A stretch of DNA of 64,000 nt from an uncultured Verrucomicrobiae bacterium (GTDB lineage Bacteria > Verrucomicrobiota > Verrucomicrobiia > Limisphaerales > DASXHY01), in contig OY969416.1 of the NCBI GenBank assembly GCA_963699145.1, positions 4,254,456 through 4,318,455 on the forward strand. Reading direction: 5' to 3'. The notes under the pieces are model-generated. The model was not told the DNA's origin and did no database searches. It saw nothing but the letters and a program-made list of their open reading frames with translations. The first letter of the stretch is position 1. Every line of letters begins with the position of its first letter. Shown here piece by piece: positions 54,054 through 61,955 of this stretch. The position numbers and the translations under genes were made by a program.

Positions 54054-55655
54054 ATGATCACTTTGATTTTGAAAAAGCATTGGCCGGTGCGTCTGCTTGG
54101 GTTCGCTCTGTGCCTGAATCTGTGCGCCGCCTCGGCGAAGGATGCCCTGGTCGGAAAATGGGGACGCTTCGACCAAAGTTTCAAAAGCAGCGTCAACTAC
54201 GAAAATCCCCTTCAACAATGCGCGCTCAAAGTCACCCTCGTTTCTCCCTCCGGCGCCACCAACATCGTGGACGGTTTTTGGGACGGCGGCAAAACCTGGC
54301 GCGTGCGCTTCTCGCCCAATCAACTCGGTTACTGGACCTATCACACCTCCTGCTCGGACACCGCCAATCGCGGTTTGGACAATCAATCCGGCAAATTCCT
54401 CTGCACCTCGCCCACCGGCCAAAGCCGTTTCGCGAAGCACGGGCCGATTCAAGTGGCCCGCGATCATCACCATTTCGAACACGCCGACGGCTCGCCGTTT
54501 TTCTGGATGGCCGACGCCGCCTGGAACGCCCCGCGCCTTTCCAATCCCCGCGATTGGATCCTCTACACCCAGGCGCGCGCCGGACAAAATTTCTCCGCCG
54601 TCCAATGGTCCGCTGCCTCCGGTGCGGACGTCAGAAGCCATTCCGCCTTCAGCGGCCGCAGCCGCATCACCATCGACCCCGCCTACTTTCAAGCACTGGA
54701 CGAAAAAGTCGACATGATGAATCGCGCCGGGTTGCTCAGCGTGATTGCGCCCTTGTGGGGCAACGAAAGCGCCACAGATGATTTACCCGAAGAACAAATC
54801 GCGCTGCTGGTGCGCTACATGAACGCCCGTTGGTCCGCCTACGATGTCGCGTGGCTGCTCACCATCCACGAAGGCCGCAGCGCCCGCTGCCTGCGAATCG
54901 GCCGCGAAGTATTCGCCGGAACACCGCACGCGCCGGTAATTTTATTCCCCGGCGAACTCAGCTCCGGTTTCGACGAATTTCGCCATGAGAATTGGGTCGA
55001 TGCCTTCGGTTTCGGCCTCGGCCAAAACCTGAACAGCGATTCCGTGAAATGGCTCATCTCCGGCCCGCTCAGCCGCGAATCCTCCACCCAGCCCGCGCGC
55101 CCATTCCTCAACGTCCTGCCGCCCATGGAAAACGGCCTGGCCGCCCAGGGCCAAATGCGCATTAACGCCGACGATGTACGCCGCATCGCCTGGTGGAGTT
55201 TGTTGCTGACGCCGCCCGCCGGTGTGAGTTACGGCGCGCAGGACGTCGCCACGTGGAACACCACCAAACTATCCAAGCTCTCGACCTGGCAGGTTTCCCT
55301 CTTCCTCCCCGGCGCGAAACAAATGAGCCAGATTCAATCCGGCCTCGATCCACTGGAATGGTGGACGCTGCATCCCGCGCCGAAATCGATCTCCGTGCAG
55401 CCCGGCGAGGAAAATCCGAACCGTTACATCGCCAACGCCGAGAACGACGCGAAAAACCTGAGCCTCACCTTCATTCCCGAAGAGCGCACGTTGGATTTAT
55501 TTCTGGAAGCGCTGCCTTCCGCTCCCGTGATCCATTGGCTGAACCCGCGCACCGGCAAAATCAGTTCCGCCGTCGCCGTCGTCGGCACGCGCACCTGCCA
55601 GCTTCCGACGCCCGACAAAGGAGACTGGGTGCTGTTGGCAAAAACCGGCAAGTGA
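54054..55655 (+). CDS. Secreted DUF5060/DUF4038 protein (glycoside hydrolase family 140-like)
   Basis: Likely start is MITLILKKHWPVRLLGFALCLNLCAASA. VDGFWDGGKTWRVRFSPNQLGYWTYHT (DUF5060-like) is followed by DGSPFFWMADAAWN (DUF4038-like). Confidence 0.7.
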   Translation: MITLILKKHWPVRLLGFALCLNLCAASAKDALVGKWGRFDQSFKSSVNYENPLQQCALKVTLVSPSGATNIVDGFWDGGKTWRVRFSPNQLGYWTYHTSCSDTANRGLDNQSGKFLCTSPTGQSRFAKHGPIQVARDHHHFEHADGSPFFWMADAAWNAPRLSNPRDWILYTQARAGQNFSAVQWSAASGADVRSHSAFSGRSRITIDPAYFQALDEKVDMMNRAGLLSVIAPLWGNESATDDLPEEQIALLVRYMNARWSAYDVAWLLTIHEGRSARCLRIGREVFAGTPHAPVILFPGELSSGFDEFRHENWVDAFGFGLGQNLNSDSVKWLISGPLSRESSTQPARPFLNVLPPMENGLAAQGQMRINADDVRRIAWWSLLLTPPAGVSYGAQDVATWNTTKLSKLSTWQVSLFLPGAKQMSQIQSGLDPLEWWTLHPAPKSISVQPGEENPNRYIANAENDAKNLSLTFIPEERTLDLFLEALPSAPVIHWLNPRTGKISSAVAVVGTRTCQLPTPDKGDWVLLAKTGK

Positions 55656-55658
55656 AGA

Positions 55659-56336
55659 TTATTTCGGCAAAAACGGCCGAACCCGTTCGGCCATCAATTT
55701 ATTTCCCGCCTCGTTGAAATGGAGCTTATCGCTCTGAAATAATTCCGGGCGCACGTTGCCGTCCTTGTCGAGCGGCAAATCGGCCATCTCGCAATACTGC
55801 ATGTGGGGATTCTGTTTCACAAAATCCTTCGCGAGCTTGTTGTAAGTCTGCTCCTTATTCTTGTTGCCCAATCGAGCAATCGTCGGACTCCACGACATAA
55901 ACACAATCTCCGTGTCCGGCAATTTGGTTCGGACGAGGGCTACAAACTCTTTGAAATCCGCAAACACCTGCTCCGGCGATTTGCCGTTGGCGATATCGTT
56001 TCCACCGCACCGGAAGAAGATCATTTTCGGTTCGTACGGAAACACAATGCGATCCGCAAAATGCGTGATGTCCACGACCTCCGAACCGCCCACGCCACGA
56101 TTCACCACCGGCTGACCCGGAAAATCCTGCGCGAGCGTCGTCCACTTGCGAATCGTAGACGACCCCGTGAACAACAAACCATGTTTCGGCGGTGGATTGG
56201 TGCGGTCGGAAGCTTCGAAGGCTTTGATTTCATTTTCCCACTGGGCGAAATTGTGATTCGTCTCCGCCCCCGCCGCCAAGCGCAACGGAGCCACGAGCGT
56301 GAATACGAGAACGGCAATCGAAGGGATGCGTCGCAT
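55659..56336 (-). CDS. Secreted SGNH/GDSL-family hydrolase
   Basis: Likely start is MRRIPSIAVLVFTLVAPLRLAAG. SGNH blocks: LLFTGSSTI (I), GVGGSEV (II), CGGNDI (III), DKLHFN (V). Confidence 0.8.
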   Translation of the reverse strand: MRRIPSIAVLVFTLVAPLRLAAGAETNHNFAQWENEIKAFEASDRTNPPPKHGLLFTGSSTIRKWTTLAQDFPGQPVVNRGVGGSEVVDITHFADRIVFPYEPKMIFFRCGGNDIANGKSPEQVFADFKEFVALVRTKLPDTEIVFMSWSPTIARLGNKNKEQTYNKLAKDFVKQNPHMQYCEMADLPLDKDGNVRPELFQSDKLHFNEAGNKLMAERVRPFLPK

Positions 56337-56487
56337 GAACCCTGTGATATGAAAGAAAGGAAATTCGTGAAAGAAAAATCTCGCCTTGAACAAAATTCGC
56401 CGCGTTGACCTGGTTACCGCCGAAGGCCAATTGGCCGCATCATTGAGCAATTTGCAATGCTAAATGTTCAATTTGCAATGCCCTCCC

Positions 56488-57906
56488 TCAACCACCTCCG
56501 CCAACTCCCGATCCCCCACCCGGTTCCGTCTGCCCTTTCGCGTCCAACAATTCATCCAACTTGCGTTTATCCAACCCGGAAATCTCCAACGCCACCTCAC
56601 GAACCGTCCTTCCCGATTCATAAGCCACCTTGGCGATTTTCGCCGCCTGGTCATACCCAATCTCCGGCGCCAGCGCCGTGCACATCGCGAGGCTCTGCTC
56701 AATATTCGCCTCGCACTTCACCGCCTCCGCCTCCAAACCGGCCACACACCGGCGCGCAAACACATGGCTCGCCTTCGCCAGCAGTTCAATCGCCTGCAAT
56801 AAATTATACGCCGCCACCGGCAGCATCGTGTTCAACTCAAAATTGCCGAACGTTCCCGCGAACGTGATCGCCGCGTCATTCCCCATCACTTGCGCGCCCA
56901 CCTGGATCACCATCTCGCACATCACCGGATTCACCTTGCCGGGCATGATCGATGAACCGGGTTGCGTCGCCGGCAATTTGATTTCACCCAGGCCACAACG
57001 CGGTCCCGAGCCGAGCCAGCGAATGTCATTGGCGATTTTAATCAAACTGACCGCCACCGTTTTCAACACACCGCTGGTTTCCACCAGCGCATCGATCGCT
57101 CCCTGCGCCTCAAAATGATTCGACGCCTCACGCAACGGCAACTTCGCTTCCAGCGCAATTCCCCCAATGGTGCGCCTGGCAAATTCGACGTGCGTATTGA
57201 TCCCCGTGCCCACCGCCGTGCCGCCGAGCGGCAATTCGCCCAGATGCGTCTCCAACCGCTGCAATCGCGAAAGACCGTGCTCAATCTGGCTCGCGTAACC
57301 ACTGAACTCCTGCCCCAGCCGAATCGGCGTCGCATCCTGCAAATGCGTGCGGCCAATTTTCAGAACGGCATCGAACTCCTTGGCTTTTTTCGCGAGCGCG
57401 GAATGCAATTCGCCCAGCGAGGGCATTAGTTCATGCGTGATGCCATCCAGCGCCGCGATGTGAATCGCCGTCGGAATCACATCATTGGAAGATTGCCCGC
57501 GATTCACATGATCATTCGGATGAACCGATTTGTCGCCGCGCTTCCCGCCGTTAATTTCAGCCGCGCGATTCGCGATCACCTCATTCGCGTTCATGTTCGT
57601 GGAAGTCCCCGAGCCCGTCTGAAAAATATCCACTACGAATTCCGAATCCCATTTTCCCTCGATGACCTCCTGCGCCGCCGATTGAATTGCCTGCGAAATA
57701 GTTGCCGGCAACAAACCGAGCGTCGCATTTGCCGCCGCCGCGTGTTTTTTGATCAACCCCAGGGCGCGGATGAATCGCCGCGGAAACCGCAAATCGCTGA
57801 TCGGAAAATTCTCCACCGCCCGCGCCGTCTGCGCGCCGTAATAAGCATCCGCCGGCACCTGCATCGGCCCCATGGAATCCGCCTCCGTTCGAAAATCGGT
57901 TTTCAT
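56488..57906 (-). CDS. Class II fumarate hydratase / aspartase-family lyase (FumC-like)
   Basis: DSMGPMQVPADAYYGAQTARAVENF, QTGSGTSTNMNANEV, HPNDHVNRGQSSNDVIPTA, GSSIMPGKVNP signature. It looks closer to FumC than to AspA by eye, but this is not decisive. Confidence 0.85.
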   Translation of the reverse strand: MKTDFRTEADSMGPMQVPADAYYGAQTARAVENFPISDLRFPRRFIRALGLIKKHAAAANATLGLLPATISQAIQSAAQEVIEGKWDSEFVVDIFQTGSGTSTNMNANEVIANRAAEINGGKRGDKSVHPNDHVNRGQSSNDVIPTAIHIAALDGITHELMPSLGELHSALAKKAKEFDAVLKIGRTHLQDATPIRLGQEFSGYASQIEHGLSRLQRLETHLGELPLGGTAVGTGINTHVEFARRTIGGIALEAKLPLREASNHFEAQGAIDALVETSGVLKTVAVSLIKIANDIRWLGSGPRCGLGEIKLPATQPGSSIMPGKVNPVMCEMVIQVGAQVMGNDAAITFAGTFGNFELNTMLPVAAYNLLQAIELLAKASHVFARRCVAGLEAEAVKCEANIEQSLAMCTALAPEIGYDQAAKIAKVAYESGRTVREVALEISGLDKRKLDELLDAKGQTEPGGGSGVGGGG

Positions 57907-57950
57907 GCACGCCAATATGATTCATGCGACGCCAAGGCGCAAAGCCCTAT

Positions 57951-57974
57951 GTAGGAGCCGACGTGAGGAGGCTC
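57951..57974. repeat. 24-nt hairpin repeat GTAGGAGCCGACGTGAGGAGGCTC
   Basis: Second copy of the element at 30654-30677. It lies in the divergent spacer between the two fumarase loci. Confidence 0.6.
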
Positions 57975-58073
57975 TGACTTATTGTTCTTTTGGTGCCCCC
58001 GCGCGTCGCCCCCTCCACAGAACAGTCAACCCAAGGCTTGAACTACCTTGGGTGCGTCTTTACGCTGCCCGCG

Positions 58074-58952
58074 ATGAACGTGTTGCAAGATTCACTGCTC
58101 GAACTGATCCGCCGCACCTCAACGGAAATTCCCGATGACGTGCACCAGGCCATCCTTGGCTCGCTCGAACAGGAAAAGAAAGGGACCATCGCCGAAAGCG
58201 CGATGAAAATCATCGACCAGAACATCGCGCTCGCGAAAAACAAATCCCAGCCGATTTGCCAGGACACCGGCAGCATCATTTTCTACGTCGATTGCCCCAT
58301 CGGTTACGACCAGATTGCGTTCGAAGAAGCCGCGCGCGAAGCCGTAAAACTAGCCACCAAAAAAGGTTATCTCCGCCAGAACTCAGTCGACTCCATTACC
58401 GGCAAAAACGACGGCACCAATCTCGGCCCCGGCTCGCCGACGGTGCACTTCCACCAGCATCGCTCTCCCGACGTGAGCGTGCGGCTTGTGCTCAAAGGCG
58501 GCGGCTGTGAAAATGTCGGCGCGCAATATTCCTTGCCCAACGAAAAACTGAAAGCCAACCGCGACCTCGACGGCTGTCGCAAAGTGATTCTCGACGCCGT
58601 GCTGCAAGCCCAGGGCAAAGGCTGCGGCCCCGGCATCCTCGGAGTCTGCATCGGCGGCGATCGCGCCACCGGTTACGAACACTCCAAGCAACAACTCCTC
58701 CGCAAACTCGACGACAGCCACACGAATCCCGAAATCGACAAACTCGAAAAAGACATCGTCGAAACCGCCAACAAACTCGGCATCGGCCCCATGGGTTTCG
58801 GCGGCAAAACCACGCTGCTCGGCACCAAGATCGGCGTGCTGAACCGCCTCCCCGCCTCCTATTTCGTCAGCGTTAGCTACATGTGCTGGGCCTATCGGCG
58901 ACAAGGTTTCACGCTCGATGGCAACGGCAAAATCGGGAAATGGCTGTATTGA
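58074..58952 (+). CDS. Class I (Fe-S) fumarate hydratase / tartrate dehydratase family, alpha subunit
   Basis: Likely start is MNVLQDSLLELIRR. QPICQDTGSIIFYV, LVLKGGGCENVGAQY and GPGILGVCIGGDRATG match the family. Confidence 0.85.
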   Translation: MNVLQDSLLELIRRTSTEIPDDVHQAILGSLEQEKKGTIAESAMKIIDQNIALAKNKSQPICQDTGSIIFYVDCPIGYDQIAFEEAAREAVKLATKKGYLRQNSVDSITGKNDGTNLGPGSPTVHFHQHRSPDVSVRLVLKGGGCENVGAQYSLPNEKLKANRDLDGCRKVILDAVLQAQGKGCGPGILGVCIGGDRATGYEHSKQQLLRKLDDSHTNPEIDKLEKDIVETANKLGIGPMGFGGKTTLLGTKIGVLNRLPASYFVSVSYMCWAYRRQGFTLDGNGKIGKWLY

Positions 58953-59029
58953 TAGTTTAATCAATTTTAACCATGCTGACGTGCGCACTTTGGTTTGCAA
59001 AACAGCATTAAAAACGCTCTAATAGTGTT

Positions 59030-59263
59030 ATGCAGACGCTGGAACAAATTGAACAGGAATTCAGACAGTTGCCTTTATACGAACAACAACTGCTTTTGAC
59101 CCGTCTTGCCGATCTCGTGCAACCCCCGGAACAAACCGACTCAGCGAGTCGCAAGCGAGATTTGATTAAGTTCTTTGCGGAATGGGACGGCGCCCATTCG
59201 GTGACTGTCGGCGAAAGACCCACTCGCGCGCGCACTTATGCCGACAACTCCCGTCTTCGTTGA
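59030..59263 (+). CDS. Putative antitoxin of a type II VapBC-like module
   Basis: A 77-aa ORF that overlaps the downstream PIN toxin gene by 26 nt, a typical TA arrangement. I do not recognise the family by eye. Confidence 0.6.
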   Translation: MQTLEQIEQEFRQLPLYEQQLLLTRLADLVQPPEQTDSASRKRDLIKFFAEWDGAHSVTVGERPTRARTYADNSRLR

Positions 59264-59669
59264 TACAAACGTTCTGCTCTATGCAGCGTCCACCAATCCG
59301 GACGAGGCGGAAAAGTGTGATGCAGCTCGAAAACTTCTTTCAACCGGCCCCATTTGCCTCTCAGTCCAGGTGGCCCAGGAGTTTTTTGTAAATGCGACGC
59401 GCAAGTTGACTCCGCCTTTAAGCCGAATCGATGCTCTAAATTTCCTGAGGCAAATCAGGCCGGCGGCAATTGCCCCATTGAACTACCAGTTGTTTGAGGA
59501 CGCCACATTACTTTCTGAACGGTTTCAGATTTCATATTGGGACGCCGCAGTGATAGCGGCAGCAAAACAGTTAAACTGCACTACTCTCTACTCGGAGGAC
59601 TTGAACGAAGGCCAGAGTTTTGAGGGTGTCATCGTAAAGAAACCTTTTGGGCCGGTAGCTAAAACTTGA
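59238..59669 (+). CDS. vapC: PIN-domain ribonuclease toxin (VapC-like)
   Basis: MPTTPVFVDTNVLLYA (first acidic residue), SVQVAQEF, YWDAAVIAAA and TLYSEDLN give the four-acidic-residue PIN pattern. Confidence 0.85.
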   Translation: MPTTPVFVDTNVLLYAASTNPDEAEKCDAARKLLSTGPICLSVQVAQEFFVNATRKLTPPLSRIDALNFLRQIRPAAIAPLNYQLFEDATLLSERFQISYWDAAVIAAAKQLNCTTLYSEDLNEGQSFEGVIVKKPFGPVAKT

Positions 59670-59676
59670 AGAACTT

Positions 59677-60252
59677 ATGATCAATCTTTCCTTCCCCTTC
59701 ACCGAAGAAAAAATCCGCGCCCTGAAAGTCGGCGATGAAGTTTTAATCTCCGGCGTTATCTATACCGGCCGCGATGCCGTGCATAAATATTTGCACGAAG
59801 GCGGCAATCTGCCGGCGGGCGTGAATTTCAAGGACGGAATTCTCTACCATTGCGGCCCGGTGGTCATCAAGGACGAGCAAGGCAATTGGAAATGCACCGC
59901 CGCCGGCCCCACCACCTCCATTCGCGAAGAGCCCTATCAATGGCAGGTGATCCGCGATTTCGGTTTGCGCGGCGTCATTGGCAAAGGCGGCATGGGCGAC
60001 AAGACGCTTCAGGCCTGCCAGGAACACGGCTGCGTTTACCTGCATGGAATCGGCGGCGCGGCGCAGGTGCTCGCGCAATGCATCAAGAAAGTTCGCGGCG
60101 TGCACATGCTGGAACAATTTGGCGCGCCCGAAGCCATCTGGGAATTCGAAGTCCAGGATTTCCCCGTCGTTGTCACCATGGACTCTCACGGCGGCTCTCT
60201 TCACAAAGAAGTCTTTGCGGCCAGCCAGGCGGAACTCGCCAAGTATATTTAG
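59677..60252 (+). CDS. Class I (Fe-S) fumarate hydratase / tartrate dehydratase family, beta subunit
   Basis: LKVGDEVLISGVIYTGRDAVHK..., YHCGPV..., AAGPTTSIREEPY, VIGKGGMG, EFEVQDFPVVVTMDSHG. Confidence 0.88.
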   Translation: MINLSFPFTEEKIRALKVGDEVLISGVIYTGRDAVHKYLHEGGNLPAGVNFKDGILYHCGPVVIKDEQGNWKCTAAGPTTSIREEPYQWQVIRDFGLRGVIGKGGMGDKTLQACQEHGCVYLHGIGGAAQVLAQCIKKVRGVHMLEQFGAPEAIWEFEVQDFPVVVTMDSHGGSLHKEVFAASQAELAKYI

Positions 60253-60253
60253 G

Positions 60254-60319
60254 ATTTGCGATATACGATTGACGAGCGCATGAATTATTCAACACGCGCG
60301 TAAATCGTAAATCGTAAAT
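60254..60319. repeat. Inverted repeat with heptamer-repeat arms (CGTAAAT)3 filling the fum-beta/rpiB convergent spacer
   Basis: ATTTGCGATATACGATTGACG (60254-60274) pairs with CGTAAATCGTAAATCGTAAAT (60299-60319), with 18 of 21 positions complementary. Confidence 0.6.
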
Positions 60320-60750
60320 TAAGAGGCATCGATAAGGTCGATTCTTCGTTGGTGCCGTCCACCCTCAAAAGGAGTATCCAGCCACGTCTTCACGATTTCC
60401 AGCGCCATTTCCAGCGTCACCATGCGCTCACCGATGGAGATGACGTTGGCGTTGTTGTGCTGACGCCCAAGCCGCGCGGATTCCAGATTCCAACACAGCG
60501 CGCAGCGCACGCCCTTGACGCGATTGGCCACGATGGCTTCGCCATTGCCCGAACCGCCGAGCACAATCCCGCGCTCGCATTCGCCACGCGCCACCGCTTC
60601 CGCTGTGGGCCGGATGTAAACCGGGTAATCGACCGCGGCCTCGGAGTTCGTTCCAAAATCCTTCACGTCATGCCCAAGCTTCAAAAGAAACTTTTTGATC
60701 TCTTCTTTGTATTTGAAACCCGCGTGATCTGAACCAATCGCAATTTTCAT
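60319..60750 (-). CDS. rpiB: Ribose-5-phosphate isomerase B
   Basis: MKIAIGSDHAGFKYKEEIKKFL..., GIVLGGSGNGEAIVANR..., RQHNNANVISIGERM. Confidence 0.93.
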   Translation of the reverse strand: MKIAIGSDHAGFKYKEEIKKFLLKLGHDVKDFGTNSEAAVDYPVYIRPTAEAVARGECERGIVLGGSGNGEAIVANRVKGVRCALCWNLESARLGRQHNNANVISIGERMVTLEMALEIVKTWLDTPFEGGRHQRRIDLIDAS

Positions 60751-60923
60751 GACTCATTCAACATGGCAGACCACGAAAATTTCGCGAGCGGAAATGAATC
60801 GTAGCGCCGCCGGCCAGTCGGCAAAGGCTCATTTCTTCGCAGCGTGAGAAGCTTTCTACCAAGCCATTTATTTTCGGAAACGGCCCCATTGACTCCCAAA
60901 ACCAAAGCGCGTTCATTCTCAAC

Positions 60924-61910
60924 ATGCGAGCAATGGTGCTGGAAAAACCGGGATCGCCCCTTCGCCTCCGCGAAATTCCTCAGCCAAAACCAATAATGCC
61001 CGGCGAGGTCCTGATTCGCGTGCGGGCCTGCGCCGTGTGCCGGACGGATTTGCACGTGCTGGACGGCGAGTTGCCCAATCCGAAACTGCCGCTCGTGCCC
61101 GGGCACGAGATCGTCGGCACCGTGGTGGAAGCCGGCAGCGGCGCGAACTGGTTCCCGGTCGGCGCGCGCGTCGGCGTGCCGTGGCTGGGCTGGACGTGCG
61201 GCGAATGTGCTTTTTGCCTTTCCGAGCGCGAGAATCTTTGCGACCGCGCGCGCTTCACGGGCTACACGCTGGACGGCGGCTACGCGGAATACGTCGTTGC
61301 TGATGAACGGTTTTGTTTTCCGCTGCCGCAAAATTGCACCGACGCCGAAGCCGCTCCCCTACTTTGCGCGGGATTGATCGGCTACCGTTCGCTCGGAAAA
61401 ACCGGCGCCGCCAGGCGCATCGGCATTTACGGCTTTGGCGCGGCGGCGCACATCATCACGCAGGTCGCGCGCTACCAGGGCCGCGAGATTTACGCGTTCA
61501 CACGCCCGGGAGATTTCGACGGGCAACAATTCGCCAAATCGCTCGGCGCCGTGTGGGCCGGCGATTCGGAAACGCTCCCCCCGGAACCGCTGGACGCGGC
61601 CATTATCTTTGCGCCCGCGGGAGACCTGGTTCCGCGCGCGTTGAAAGCAGTGAACAAAGGCGGCGTCGTGGTCTGCGGCGGGATTCACATGAGCGATATT
61701 CCGTCATTTCCCTACGACTCGCTGTGGAACGAGCGCAGCATTTGTTCCGTCGCCAATTTAACCCGGCGCGACGGCAAGGAATTTTTCCTGCTGGCCCCGC
61801 GCATCCCGGTGAAAACCACGGTGCTGACATTTCCGCTGGAAGAAGCGAATGAAGCCCTCGCGCGCTTGCGAGAGGGAAAAATAAAAGGGGCGGCAGTTTT
61901 GATGCCCTGA
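60924..61910 (+). CDS. Zinc-dependent alcohol dehydrogenase family protein
   Basis: VCRTDLHVLDGE, GHEIVGTVVE and structural-zinc cysteines GECAFCLSERENLC are present. The Rossmann motif is GIYGFGAAAH. Confidence 0.9.
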   Translation: MRAMVLEKPGSPLRLREIPQPKPIMPGEVLIRVRACAVCRTDLHVLDGELPNPKLPLVPGHEIVGTVVEAGSGANWFPVGARVGVPWLGWTCGECAFCLSERENLCDRARFTGYTLDGGYAEYVVADERFCFPLPQNCTDAEAAPLLCAGLIGYRSLGKTGAARRIGIYGFGAAAHIITQVARYQGREIYAFTRPGDFDGQQFAKSLGAVWAGDSETLPPEPLDAAIIFAPAGDLVPRALKAVNKGGVVVCGGIHMSDIPSFPYDSLWNERSICSVANLTRRDGKEFFLLAPRIPVKTTVLTFPLEEANEALARLREGKIKGAAVLMP

Positions 61911-61955
61911 CGGCTCTGACTGGTGAAGCGTTGATTTTCGTATTATATCTGCCGG

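Noticed and set aside
60747-61331. 194-aa minus-strand ORF overlapping the start of the alcohol dehydrogenase gene.
   Set aside because: It is antisense to or overlapping a well-supported Zn-ADH gene and the rpiB upstream region. Its translation is Arg/Ala-rich with no motifs.
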